From Betaproteobacteria bacterium (GTDB lineage Bacteria; Pseudomonadota; Gammaproteobacteria; Burkholderiales; JAHFQX01), in contig JAHFQX010000007.1 in the NCBI GenBank assembly GCA_023259135.1, positions 7,529 to 71,528 on the forward strand: a stretch of 64,000 bases of DNA, written 5' to 3'. The notes under the pieces are model-generated. The model was not told the origin of the DNA and made no database searches. It worked only from the letters and a program-made list of their open reading frames with translations. Shown here piece by piece: positions 34,582-42,922 of this stretch (its first letter is position 1; the number at the start of each line of letters is the position of its first letter). The translations under genes and the position numbers were made by a program.

Positions 34582-35784
34582 CTACCCGTAAGCCAAGCCC
34601 ACGACTTCCCGAACGTCCCGCATGGTCTCGGCAGCCAGCTTGCGGGCTTTTTCGCAGCCGTCCATGACAATATCCCGCAGCAGGGTGGGATCTTTCAGGT
34701 ACTGCTCGGCCCGCTCCCGGATGGGGATTTGCTCTTTGAGTACCGCCTCGATGACCGGCTGCTTGCATTCCAGGCAGCCGATGCTGGCGCTTTTGCAGCC
34801 CTGTTGAACCCATGCGCGGCGGGCCGGATCCGAATACACCAGATGTAGCGGCCAAACCGGACATTTTTCCGGGTCTCCCGGATCGGAGCGCCGCACCCGG
34901 GCTGGATCCGTCGGCATGGTGCGGATCTTGCGCTCGACGCTGGCCGGGTCTTCCCGAAGGGTGATCGTGTTGTCATAGGATTTGGACATTTTCTGGCCGT
35001 CTAGGCCAGGCATGCGGGAGGACTCGGTCAGCAAGGCCTGGGGCTCCACCAGGATTTTCTTGCCGCCGCCTTCCAGATAGCCGAACAGCCGCTCGCGGTC
35101 TCCCAAGCTTAAATTCTGAACTTCTTCCAGCAACGCCCGCCCCGCCGCCAAGGCCTCCGCATTCCCCCGCTCTTGATAGCCAGTGCGCAACTGACGATAC
35201 AGCCGAGCTTTTTTGCTGCCCAGCTTTTTGACGGCCGATTCAGCTTTTTCCTCGAATCCAGGTTCTTTGCCGTAGATATGGTTGAAGCGGCGGGCCAACT
35301 CGCGGGTAAATTCCACATGGGCCACCTGATCCTCGCCCACCGGCACCATATTGGCGCGATAAATTAGGATATCCGCGCTTTGCAGCAGGGGGTAACCCAA
35401 GAAGCCATAGGTTCCGAGATCCCGGTCGGAGAGCTTTTCCTGCTGATCCTTGTAGGTCGGGATACGCTCGAGCCAGCCCAGGGGGGTGATCATGGACAGC
35501 AGCAAATGCAGTTCGGCGTGCTCCGGAACCCGCGACTGAATAAACAACGTGGCCTGAGAGGGATCGATACCCGCCGCCAGCCAATCCACCAACATCTCCC
35601 AGGTGCTTTGCTCGATCACTTCGGCCGTGCCGTAATGGGTCGTCAGGGCATGCCAATCGGCGACAAAAAACAAGCAGGGGTGCTCATGCTGCAAAGTGAG
35701 CCAATTCTTCAGCACGCCGTGGTAATGACCCAAATGCATGGCCCCGGTGGGCCGCATGCCGGACAGGACTCGATCCTGATACAT
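34582..35784 (-). CDS. trpS: Tryptophan--tRNA ligase (long form with Cys-rich insert)
   Basis: 400 aa. HIGH-type MHLGHYHG, KMSKS, GEDQVAHVEFTRELARRFN. Contains a four-Cys motif (see findings). Confidence 0.9.
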   Translation of the reverse strand: MYQDRVLSGMRPTGAMHLGHYHGVLKNWLTLQHEHPCLFFVADWHALTTHYGTAEVIEQSTWEMLVDWLAAGIDPSQATLFIQSRVPEHAELHLLLSMITPLGWLERIPTYKDQQEKLSDRDLGTYGFLGYPLLQSADILIYRANMVPVGEDQVAHVEFTRELARRFNHIYGKEPGFEEKAESAVKKLGSKKARLYRQLRTGYQERGNAEALAAGRALLEEVQNLSLGDRERLFGYLEGGGKKILVEPQALLTESSRMPGLDGQKMSKSYDNTITLREDPASVERKIRTMPTDPARVRRSDPGDPEKCPVWPLHLVYSDPARRAWVQQGCKSASIGCLECKQPVIEAVLKEQIPIRERAEQYLKDPTLLRDIVMDGCEKARKLAAETMRDVREVVGLAYG

Positions 35785-35798
35785 ATCGCACTCCGCGG

Positions 35799-36458
35799 TT
35801 ATATGCCGAATAGCCAGGATATGAGGCTAATGACGAGCATAATGAAGGGAAAAATCAGGCTGCCCAGCGCCCCGCTGAACAATAGCAGCAACAAAATCAT
35901 CATTCCGTAAGGCTCCACCCGAGCGAAGCGATGGGCCAATCGCGGCGGCAACAGGCTGATGGCCATGCGCCCCCCGTCCAGGGGAGGCAACGGAAATAAA
36001 TTGAGCACCATGAGCACGGCGTTGATTTCCACTCCCGCCCGCCCCATCAAGGCGATGGGCAAATTGAAAGCGCTCTCCGGCATCAGGGTGGACAGCTTCA
36101 TCAGCGCTCCCCAACCCAGGGCCATGACGAAATTGGCACCCGGCCCGGCCCCCGCCACCCATAGCATGTCCCGCTTGGGACGCCGCAGATTGCCGAAGTT
36201 CACCGGCACCGGCTTGGCCCACCCAAACAGGATGCCACCGCCGAATAATTTGCTGAGGGCCAGCAACAGCGCCGGGACCAGCACCGTGCCCACCGGGTCG
36301 ATGTGCCGCAACGGGTTGAGGCTGATACGGCCGGCCAAATGGGCGGTGTAATCGCCGAAATGCCGGGCGGCGTAACCGTGGGCCGCTTCGTGCAGGGTGA
36401 TGGCAAAGATCACCGGCAACGCGTAAATGGCGATGTTTTGAATGAGGCTGTATTCCAT
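35799..36458 (-). CDS. Site-2 protease family (M50) membrane metalloprotease
   Basis: 219 aa, multi-TM. HExxH site LHEAAHGYAA, second motif NLFPLPPLDGG. Confidence 0.8.
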   Translation of the reverse strand: MEYSLIQNIAIYALPVIFAITLHEAAHGYAARHFGDYTAHLAGRISLNPLRHIDPVGTVLVPALLLALSKLFGGGILFGWAKPVPVNFGNLRRPKRDMLWVAGAGPGANFVMALGWGALMKLSTLMPESAFNLPIALMGRAGVEINAVLMVLNLFPLPPLDGGRMAISLLPPRLAHRFARVEPYGMMILLLLLFSGALGSLIFPFIMLVISLISWLFGI

Positions 36459-36478
36459 GGAGGCGGGCTCGGTTTCGG

Positions 36479-37102
36479 TTAAAGGCCCAGACGAGCCGGG
36501 TCCCCCTTTCCCAGACGCACTATTTCCGGGGTATCCCCTTCGAAAGCGATCACGGTCGTCATTTCCAAACCGCCCACCCCGGCATCCAGAATCAAATCGA
36601 GGCTATGCTCCAATTGCTCCCGGATTTCCAGAGGATTGGTCAGAGGACGCTCCGCTGCCGGCAAAATCAAGGAAGCGCTCAGCAACGGCTCGCCCAGTTC
36701 GACCAGCAGGCTTTGCACCACGGGATGATCGGGGATCCGCAGGCCGATGGTATTGCGCTTGGGATGTTGCACTCGCCGGGGCACTTCCCGGCTGGCCTCC
36801 AAAATGAAGGTATAACAGCCCGGGGTGGCGGCTTTGAGAAGCCGGTACTGGGGGTTGGTAACCCGCGCATAGCGGGACACGTCGGACAAATTGCAGCAGA
36901 GCAAGGTCAAGAGATGCCGGGCATCCAGTCCGCGAATCGCCCGGATGCGCTCCACCGCTTGCTTGTCGTCCAAGTGGCAACCCAAGGCATAGCAAGAATC
37001 GGTGGGATAGGCGATGATTCCACCGTCCCGCACCATGTTTACGGCTTGGCGGATCAGTCGCGGCTGGGGGTTTTGCGGATGCACCGAGAAGAATTGAGCC
37101 AT
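36479..37102 (-). CDS. yciO: YciO (Sua5/YciO/YrdC family) protein
   Basis: Track ORF 36479..37207 trimmed to ATG 37102. MAQFFSVHPQNPQPRLIRQAVNMVRDGGIIAYPTDSCYALGC...PGCYTFILEASREVPRR...IGLRIP runs parallel to E. coli YciO nearly residue by residue, as I recall that sequence. Confidence 0.85.
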   Translation of the reverse strand: MAQFFSVHPQNPQPRLIRQAVNMVRDGGIIAYPTDSCYALGCHLDDKQAVERIRAIRGLDARHLLTLLCCNLSDVSRYARVTNPQYRLLKAATPGCYTFILEASREVPRRVQHPKRNTIGLRIPDHPVVQSLLVELGEPLLSASLILPAAERPLTNPLEIREQLEHSLDLILDAGVGGLEMTTVIAFEGDTPEIVRLGKGDPARLGL

Positions 37103-37229
37103 ATTGGATATCAGAATGGCCGCCGCATCCCAGGCACGGCGGGAATGGCTGAATGGAGGCGGGATGAATTGGATTCGGACATGGCGGGTTTGAAATCCCC
37201 ATGGCAATCATAGCAAAATACCCCATCCC

Positions 37230-38060
37230 ATGAAAAATTCAGTCTTCCCCGGCGCAGCGGAGCGGATCCCCTTCCCCCCCTCCCCCGCCTCAGCGCAGCC
37301 GGACGCGGCTCCTGCCATTCGGGTGGCGGGATTGAGAAAGCGCTTCAAAAACGTGACTGCGTTGGAAAAGGTCTCCTTCGACATTCCCGCCAACAGCATC
37401 TGCGCCTTGCTCGGGGGCAATGGCGCGGGCAAGACCACCACCCTGTCGATTCTGCTGGGCCTGCTGTTGCCGGACAGCGGCACGGTTTCCATGTTGGGGG
37501 AGGATATGCTGCGGCATCGTTATCGGGTATTGCCTCGGATGAATTTCACCTCCCCTTACGTTGATTTGCCCAAGCGCTTGACGGTATGGGAGAACCTGAT
37601 GGTTTACGGCCGCTTGTACGGCCTGTCCAGACCGCAAAAACGCATCCGGGAATTGGCCGAGGAGATGGAGTTCGGCGACCTGCTGGAGCGCCCCTACGGC
37701 ATGTTGTCGGCGGGCCAGAGAAGCCGCACGGCCCTAGCCAAATCGCTCCTGAATCAACCGGACGTTCTGATTCTGGACGAGCCGACCGCTTCCCTGGACC
37801 CCGACATGGGCGACCGGATTCGCGCCATCCTGGAAAACTACCGCGCCCGCAGCGGCGCCACCCTGCTGCTGGCTTCCCACAACATGCCGGAAGTGGAGCG
37901 GCTATGCGACCAAGTCATCATGATGCAGCGCGGCCGCATTGTGGCCCAAGGTTCCCCCGCTGCGCTGATCGCCGCCCACGGCCGAGCCAGCATGGAAGAA
38001 GTGTTTCTCGACGTGGCCCGGGCCCCGGCTCCCGCTTCCGCCAAAAAGGCCGCCGGATGA
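37230..38060 (+). CDS. ABC transporter ATP-binding protein (ABC-2 exporter type)
   Basis: 276 aa. Walker A GGNGAGKTT, signature LSAGQRSRTALAKSL, Walker B LILDEPT. Confidence 0.85.
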   Translation: MKNSVFPGAAERIPFPPSPASAQPDAAPAIRVAGLRKRFKNVTALEKVSFDIPANSICALLGGNGAGKTTTLSILLGLLLPDSGTVSMLGEDMLRHRYRVLPRMNFTSPYVDLPKRLTVWENLMVYGRLYGLSRPQKRIRELAEEMEFGDLLERPYGMLSAGQRSRTALAKSLLNQPDVLILDEPTASLDPDMGDRIRAILENYRARSGATLLLASHNMPEVERLCDQVIMMQRGRIVAQGSPAALIAAHGRASMEEVFLDVARAPAPASAKKAAG

Positions 38061-38863
38061 GCGGCTGGAGCCTTGCGCTGCTACGGATTTACGCTTTGGT
38101 CACCCGCCATGCCTACCTGATGCGCAAGTCATGGCCGCGATTGTTGGAACTCGCTTACTGGCCCTCGATGCAGATGATCCTGTGGGGCTTCATCAGCCAA
38201 TTTTTCTCCATCCATAGCTCCTGGGTCGCCCAAGCGCCAGGCATGCTGATTGGCGCGGTGCTGCTGTGGGATATTCTGTTTCGCGGGCAACTGGGGGTGT
38301 CTCTGGCCTTCTTCGAGGAAATGTATTCCCGCAACCTGGGCCATCTGTTCGCCAGCCCGCTGCGCCCCCCGGAAATGATCGTCGCCATGCTGGCCATCAG
38401 CACCTTGCGCACCTTGATCGGCGTGGGAGGCGCCGCTTTGCTGGCCATCCCCCTCTATCATTATTCGCTGTTCAAGCTGGGATTGCCGCTGCTGGCCTTC
38501 TTCATCAATCTTATCGTGATGGGCTGGGCCATCGGGCTGATGGTGTCCGCCTTGGTCATGCGTTTCGGGCTGGGGGCCGAGGGCTTTGCCTGGGCAGCCA
38601 TTTTCGCGGTAGCCCCGGTCAGCGGAGTGTATTACCCGGTGAGCGCCCTACCCTCCTGGTTGCAGCCGGTGGCCGCCGCCCTGCCCGCCAGTCACGTGTT
38701 CGAGGGCATGCGGGCCGTGATGATCGAAGGCATTTTCCGGATGGATTTGCTGGCCAACGCCGTCCTGCTCAATCTGCTCTACCTGTCGGCGGGAGTCGCG
38801 GTATTCCTGTGGACCTTTCGGCGCGCCCGTCAGCTCGGGCTGCTGCTGCAAATCGGAGAATAA
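38057..38863 (+). CDS. ABC-2 type transporter permease
   Basis: Frame of track ORF 37586..38863 trimmed to ATG 38057 (ATGA overlap with the ATPase stop). MSGWSLALLRIYALVTRHAYLMRKSWPRL, followed by six hydrophobic segments. Confidence 0.75.
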   Translation: MSGWSLALLRIYALVTRHAYLMRKSWPRLLELAYWPSMQMILWGFISQFFSIHSSWVAQAPGMLIGAVLLWDILFRGQLGVSLAFFEEMYSRNLGHLFASPLRPPEMIVAMLAISTLRTLIGVGGAALLAIPLYHYSLFKLGLPLLAFFINLIVMGWAIGLMVSALVMRFGLGAEGFAWAAIFAVAPVSGVYYPVSALPSWLQPVAAALPASHVFEGMRAVMIEGIFRMDLLANAVLLNLLYLSAGVAVFLWTFRRARQLGLLLQIGE

Positions 38864-38930
38864 AACCCCTTATCGTTCCATGGGGGAGTAAAATTTTCAC
38901 TCCCGTTCAGGATACGAAAACACCGCGAAA

Positions 38931-39974
38931 ATGGACTCGATCTGGCAACAAATTGCGGCAGGCTGGGACGCCCGCCTGGAAAAGGGCAAGGTAGCCCATT
39001 TCGGCGACCCTGCCGCCGAACTACAAGCCGCCGCGGCCGGGACCGTCCTCTGCCCTCTCGTCCATTTGGGCCTTATCGCCGGCCGGGGGGAGGACGCCGG
39101 CGCCTTTCTGCAAGGCCAGCTCAGTTGCGATGTCCGGGAAGTCAGCGCCGCCCAGGCGCGCCATGCCGCCTACTGCACCCCCAAGGGGCGCATTCTGGCC
39201 AACCTGTTGTTGTGGCAGCGGGACGGGGTGTATTGGCTGGCGCTCTCGGAGGAGTTGCGAGAGCCCATCCAAAACCGCTTGTCCAAGTTCGTGCTGCGGG
39301 CCAAGCTGACTCTTGCCGATGCCGGAGCGGAGCGGGCGTTGCTGGGCATCGCCGGTCTCCAGGCCGCCCAAATCCTGGAGGGCGCCCTAGGCCCAGTCGT
39401 CCCCGCCACGGCCATGGCGGTGAGCCAAACCCCAGCGGCCAGCGTCATCCGCCTTTCCGGACAGCGTTTCATTGTCGCGGCTCCCGTTGCCGAAATCCCG
39501 CAGCTCTGGCGGGCCTTGGCCCAAGCCGCCCGCCCCGTGGGCACCCCGGCTTGGGAGTGGCTGGACATCGCCGACGGCCTGCCTCGGATCACCGCCGCCA
39601 CCCAAGAGCAATTCGTCCCGCAAATGATCAACCTGGAACGCATCGGAGGCGTCAGCTTCAAGAAAGGCTGCTATCCCGGCCAGGAAATCATCGCCCGCAG
39701 CCAGTATCTGGGGCAGGTCAAACGGCGCCTGCACCGCATCCATTTCACGGCCTCGGCTATCCCGGCCATAGCGGATTCCTTGTTTAGCCCGGAGACCGGG
39801 GAGCAAGCCTCGGGAATTTTGGTGAACGTGGCCCCCGCTCCCCAGAGCGGGTACGAGGCCCTGGCGGTTATCCAGGAAAGCGTCGTTGGTGGCGGAGGGG
39901 TTCGCTACGGCGCTCCCGGCGGTCCCGTGGCGGACTTTCTGCCTTTGCCCTATCCCGCCGCCGCTGTCGCTTGA
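38931..39974 (+). CDS. ygfZ: YgfZ-type folate-binding protein (aminomethyltransferase fold)
   Basis: 347 aa. Signature KGCYPGQEIIARSQYLG(Q)VKRRL near the C-terminal third. Confidence 0.75.
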   Translation: MDSIWQQIAAGWDARLEKGKVAHFGDPAAELQAAAAGTVLCPLVHLGLIAGRGEDAGAFLQGQLSCDVREVSAAQARHAAYCTPKGRILANLLLWQRDGVYWLALSEELREPIQNRLSKFVLRAKLTLADAGAERALLGIAGLQAAQILEGALGPVVPATAMAVSQTPAASVIRLSGQRFIVAAPVAEIPQLWRALAQAARPVGTPAWEWLDIADGLPRITAATQEQFVPQMINLERIGGVSFKKGCYPGQEIIARSQYLGQVKRRLHRIHFTASAIPAIADSLFSPETGEQASGILVNVAPAPQSGYEALAVIQESVVGGGGVRYGAPGGPVADFLPLPYPAAAVA

Positions 39975-40041
39975 ACCCAAGGCATGGGTTGCCATTACTA
40001 CGTCTATCGAATGTTTCACCGAAATACTTTGAATCCCAGCC

Positions 40042-40812
40042 ATGTGCCTGATCGCCATCGCCTACCGGATCCACCCTGAATACCCTTTGGTGCTGGCCGC
40101 CAACCGAGACGAATATTTCCGGCGGCCCACCGCCCCTGCCGATTTCTGGCCCGAGGCCCCGCAAGTGCTGGCGGGACGGGACTTGGAGCAAGGCGGGACG
40201 TGGATGGGCATCACCCGCGGCGGACGCTTTGCCGCCATCACCAACTTTCGCGAAAAAATCCCCAAGCGGTCCGGCGCCCGCTCGCGAGGGCTGTTGGTTA
40301 AGGATTATCTGGAGGGAGGAATACCCCCCTTGGATTTCCTCCGTGCCCTCTCTCCCCATGGACGGGAATACAACGGCTTCAATTTCATCATCGGAGATGC
40401 CGGGGGGCTTTATTATTTTTCCAACCGGGGCAACGGCATCGTGGAAATACCGCCGGGAGTGCATGGCATCAGCAACCATCTGCTCAACACCCCCTGGTCC
40501 AAGGTGGAGCGGGTCAAGCGCCGCACCCAATCCCTGCTGGATCGGTCCGGGGAAGAATTGATCGGCGCCCTGCTGGAAATGCTGGAAGACCGCGCCCCCG
40601 CCCTGGATAGCGAATTATCGGATACCGGCCTGGACCCCGGCTGGGAACGCACCCTGTCCGCTCCGTTCATCGCCACGCCGGAGTACGGCACCCGCCTGTC
40701 CACGGTCATCCTGGCGGATCGCCGGGGTGAGGTGAATTTCGTCGAGCGCTCCTTTGCCCCCGGCGGAAAGGGGGCTGCCACCGTGACCCATCGGTTCAGG
40801 CTGGACCGATGA
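40042..40812 (+). CDS. NRDE-family protein (TANGO2-like)
   Basis: 256 aa. Starts MCLIAIAY (N-terminal Cys after Met) and contains the eponymous LAANRDEYFRRPT. Confidence 0.75.
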   Translation: MCLIAIAYRIHPEYPLVLAANRDEYFRRPTAPADFWPEAPQVLAGRDLEQGGTWMGITRGGRFAAITNFREKIPKRSGARSRGLLVKDYLEGGIPPLDFLRALSPHGREYNGFNFIIGDAGGLYYFSNRGNGIVEIPPGVHGISNHLLNTPWSKVERVKRRTQSLLDRSGEELIGALLEMLEDRAPALDSELSDTGLDPGWERTLSAPFIATPEYGTRLSTVILADRRGEVNFVERSFAPGGKGAATVTHRFRLDR

Positions 40813-40831
40813 CCCACCGGAGCGGACGGAT

Positions 40832-41698
40832 TTACTCCAAAAAGTCCTCAATCAGCCGGGCCATGCGTTCGGGTTGCTCCCAGTGCATCATGTGCCCCGC
40901 GTCGGATATGACGGCTTCCCGGAATGCCGGGTGGTGTTGTCGCAGGTGGCCGAGAAACAGCGTCGTCGATTCCACAGCCCATTTATCCGTCACTGACTCG
41001 CTCCCGGTGACCCACAGCATGGGGGCCGTCATCCGGTCCCAGCAGGCCACGGCATCCTCGATCCGGTAGAAAATGGGAGACCCCATCTTCTGCTTGGGGT
41101 CGCTGACGTACAACACTTCCCCGGTGGGCAGTTGCCGGGCCAAATGCCGGGCGAGGAAAGCGGCTCGTTTCCCGGCAAGCCGCGGATTATCCCGTCGCAG
41201 CCGAGCCTCCAGAACCTCGAATCCGGCAAACGGCTTGAAAGTGGGCGGGTGGGCAACCTGCTCGAGCCATGCCAGATAACGCTTCGGAGCCAACTCCGGG
41301 GGGGCTTTCTGCAGCGCCCAACCCTCCATCGACACCAGACGGCGCACCCGCTCGGGCCGCAGGCTGGCCCACCAGGTGACGATATTCCCCCCCATGCTGT
41401 GCCCGATCAGATTGATCGGACCTTCGGGCTGATAATGCCGTAAGACGATGTCCAGGTCGGCCACATAATCCGGATGCCAATAACCGTCCTGGGACCATCC
41501 CGAAAGCCCCATGCCCCGCAGGTCAGGAGCAATGACATGCCAATCCCGGGCCAGGGCATCGACGGCGAATTGGAACGACGCCGACACATCCATCCAGCCG
41601 TGAAGCATAAAAACCTTCGGGGCGGCGGAATCTCCCCAGGTGCGGATGTGGCAACGCAGAGCACGAACCGGAAGAAACTCGGAATGGCTAGGTTTCAA
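40832..41698 (-). CDS. Alpha/beta-fold hydrolase
   Basis: 288 aa (TTG start). HGWMD oxyanion region, nucleophile elbow GHSMGG, C-terminal DAGHMMHWEQPE. Confidence 0.75.
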   Translation of the reverse strand: MKPSHSEFLPVRALRCHIRTWGDSAAPKVFMLHGWMDVSASFQFAVDALARDWHVIAPDLRGMGLSGWSQDGYWHPDYVADLDIVLRHYQPEGPINLIGHSMGGNIVTWWASLRPERVRRLVSMEGWALQKAPPELAPKRYLAWLEQVAHPPTFKPFAGFEVLEARLRRDNPRLAGKRAAFLARHLARQLPTGEVLYVSDPKQKMGSPIFYRIEDAVACWDRMTAPMLWVTGSESVTDKWAVESTTLFLGHLRQHHPAFREAVISDAGHMMHWEQPERMARLIEDFLE

Positions 41699-41834
41699 GT
41701 AGAATTCCTGGCAATTTCAAAGGGCCGAGCCGCGCTAAGGGGCCTGGGATCGAGGTTCTCACTCTGCCTTGACGGCCTTAAGCGCCAGTGGGGACGAATC
41801 CAGGTACTGGCTCGAAATCATTTCAGGGAGATAG

Positions 41835-42236
41835 CTATACGCGGACTACCTCTTTGATCTTCCTCGGTCGTCCCCCGAGTTTGCCGTTACGCCGGGCAGC
41901 CGCAGATTTGGCTTTCGTTGATGCCTTGCCTCCGATCTTGCCCATTTCCGCAGCGATCCAGCGCCTTGAGCCCAGAAAACCTTCCAACAGCGCTGGCAAA
42001 TAGATGTCCGCATCCAGCTTCGGAAAATGAATGCCTAGACCCGAGGGGGTAATTTCTATTTTGGTGAGTTGGTGAGGCTTGGCATGTTCGATCCCTTGTG
42101 CTTGGCAAGGATGAAACGCGACTTCAATCCCGCTGCTGAGACCAATCACGACACGGTCTGTACTTCGATCGTAACGTGCATCCGTTGCAATCGGAGTAGC
42201 TCGCACCCGGTCGGCGCCTTGCCGATTTGCAGCCAT
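41835..42236 (-). CDS. DUF2442-domain protein with basic AT-hook-like C-terminal tail
   Basis: Track ORF 41835..42281 trimmed to ATG 42236, 8 nt after the upstream gene's stop (alternative start 42260). Core ...RVVIGLSSGIEVAFHPCQAQGIEHAKPHQLTKIEITPSGLGIHFPKLDADIYLPALLEG fits the DUF2442 pattern. The tail KSAAARRNGKLGGRPRKIKE contains GRPRK. Confidence 0.55.
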   Translation of the reverse strand: MAANRQGADRVRATPIATDARYDRSTDRVVIGLSSGIEVAFHPCQAQGIEHAKPHQLTKIEITPSGLGIHFPKLDADIYLPALLEGFLGSRRWIAAEMGKIGGKASTKAKSAAARRNGKLGGRPRKIKEVVRV

Positions 42237-42246
42237 GAACTCGCCT

Positions 42247-42496
42247 TTATGGATTTCCATGAATTCTGCCCCACTCTGCACAAAGGAAAGTCAAATCCTC
42301 AGCCAATGCGCCTTTGACCTTTCCGGGATCCTTCAGCGAGAAACCATAATTCTCGCGCAACTCCGGCGGCCCGAAGGGGCAGTTAAAATCAAATACCGCT
42401 TCGCTGTCGCTTCCAATTACAGGCACATGGGCGGGGCGATGGTCATTCGGATAGACCACTACCCTGAGCCCAATCAATTCTCTTGACTGTCGTCAT
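42247..42496 (-). pseudogene. DUF4160-domain gene, apparently frameshifted near its 5' end
   Basis: Track ORF 42247..42477 starts at TTG (IGLRVVVYPNDHRPAHVPV...). An ATG at 42496 in another frame reads MTTVKRID. Joined by removing one T near 42472-42476, this gives MTTVKRIDGLRVVVYPNDHRPAHV, the usual family N-terminus (M-P-T-V-x-R-I-x-G-x-R...DH-x-P-P-H). Confidence 0.5.
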
Positions 42497-42682
42497 TATA
42501 GCAGAAAACCCAATCTAGTTGGGTTTATGTCTCCGCGCTTAAATAAACAGGAACACCAGCGCCAAGGAAGCGACCGTCCAGATCAGCACTGGCATCTCCA
42601 GGGTCAGCGTCGGGATAGGAAAATTTCCGGAAAATTAAGAAGGGCCTGCATTTCTGCAAGCTCAATTGGTCAATTGGTGTAT

Positions 42683-42759
42683 TGGCGCGCCCGGCAGGAT
42701 TCGAACCCACGACCCCCTGGTTCGTAGCCAGGTACTCTATCCAACTGAGCTACGGGCGC
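42683..42759 (-). tRNA. argV: tRNA-Arg (anticodon ACG)
   Basis: Minus strand GCGCCCGTAGCTCAGTTGGATAGAGTACCTGGCTACGAACCAGGGGGTCGTGGGTTCGAATCCTGCCGGGCGCGCCA. 7-bp acceptor stem, anticodon stem CCTGG/CCAGG with loop CTACGAA, T-loop GGTTCGAATCC, encoded CCA. Confidence 0.95.
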
Positions 42760-42792
42760 CCGATAAAGCCAAACCAACTTGAGACATCAAAC

Positions 42793-42885
42793 TGGCGGAG
42801 AGAGAGGGATTCGAACCCTCGATAGAGTTTTTGACCCTATACTCCCTTAGCAGGGGAGCGCCTTCGACCTCTCGGCCATCTCTCC
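42793..42885 (-). tRNA. serV: tRNA-Ser (anticodon GCU), long variable arm
   Basis: Minus strand GGAGAGATGGCCGAGAGGTCGAAGGCGCTCCCCTGCTAAGGGAGTATAGGGTCAAAAACTCTATCGAGGGTTCGAATCCCTCTCTCTCCGCCA. Anticodon loop CTGCTAA, long extra arm, T-loop GGTTCGAATCC, encoded CCA. Confidence 0.95.
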
Positions 42886-42922
42886 GAAGAGTGCGCTAGG
42901 ATAATAGGTTGTCTTTACGCGG

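Noticed and set aside
34573-34591. Direct repeat TACCCGTAA-c-TACCCGTAA at the trpS 3' end
   Set aside because: It is only two 9-mers. The second copy spans the last trpS codons and its stop codon (34582..34584), and the first lies just downstream of the stop. I see no evidence of function.
41800-41808. 9-nt match (ccaggtact) to an internal part of tRNA-Arg (42728..42736), considered as an att-type direct repeat bounding the DUF4160/DUF2442 insertion
   Set aside because: The match is short and corresponds to the anticodon arm, not the tRNA 3' end that integrases normally duplicate. It is compatible with chance.
42494-42502. TATAAT hexamer on the minus strand upstream of the DUF4160 ORF, first taken for its -10 box
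   Set aside because: The hexamer overlaps the ancestral ATG itself (TATAATG), so it is part of the start-codon context rather than a promoter for this gene.
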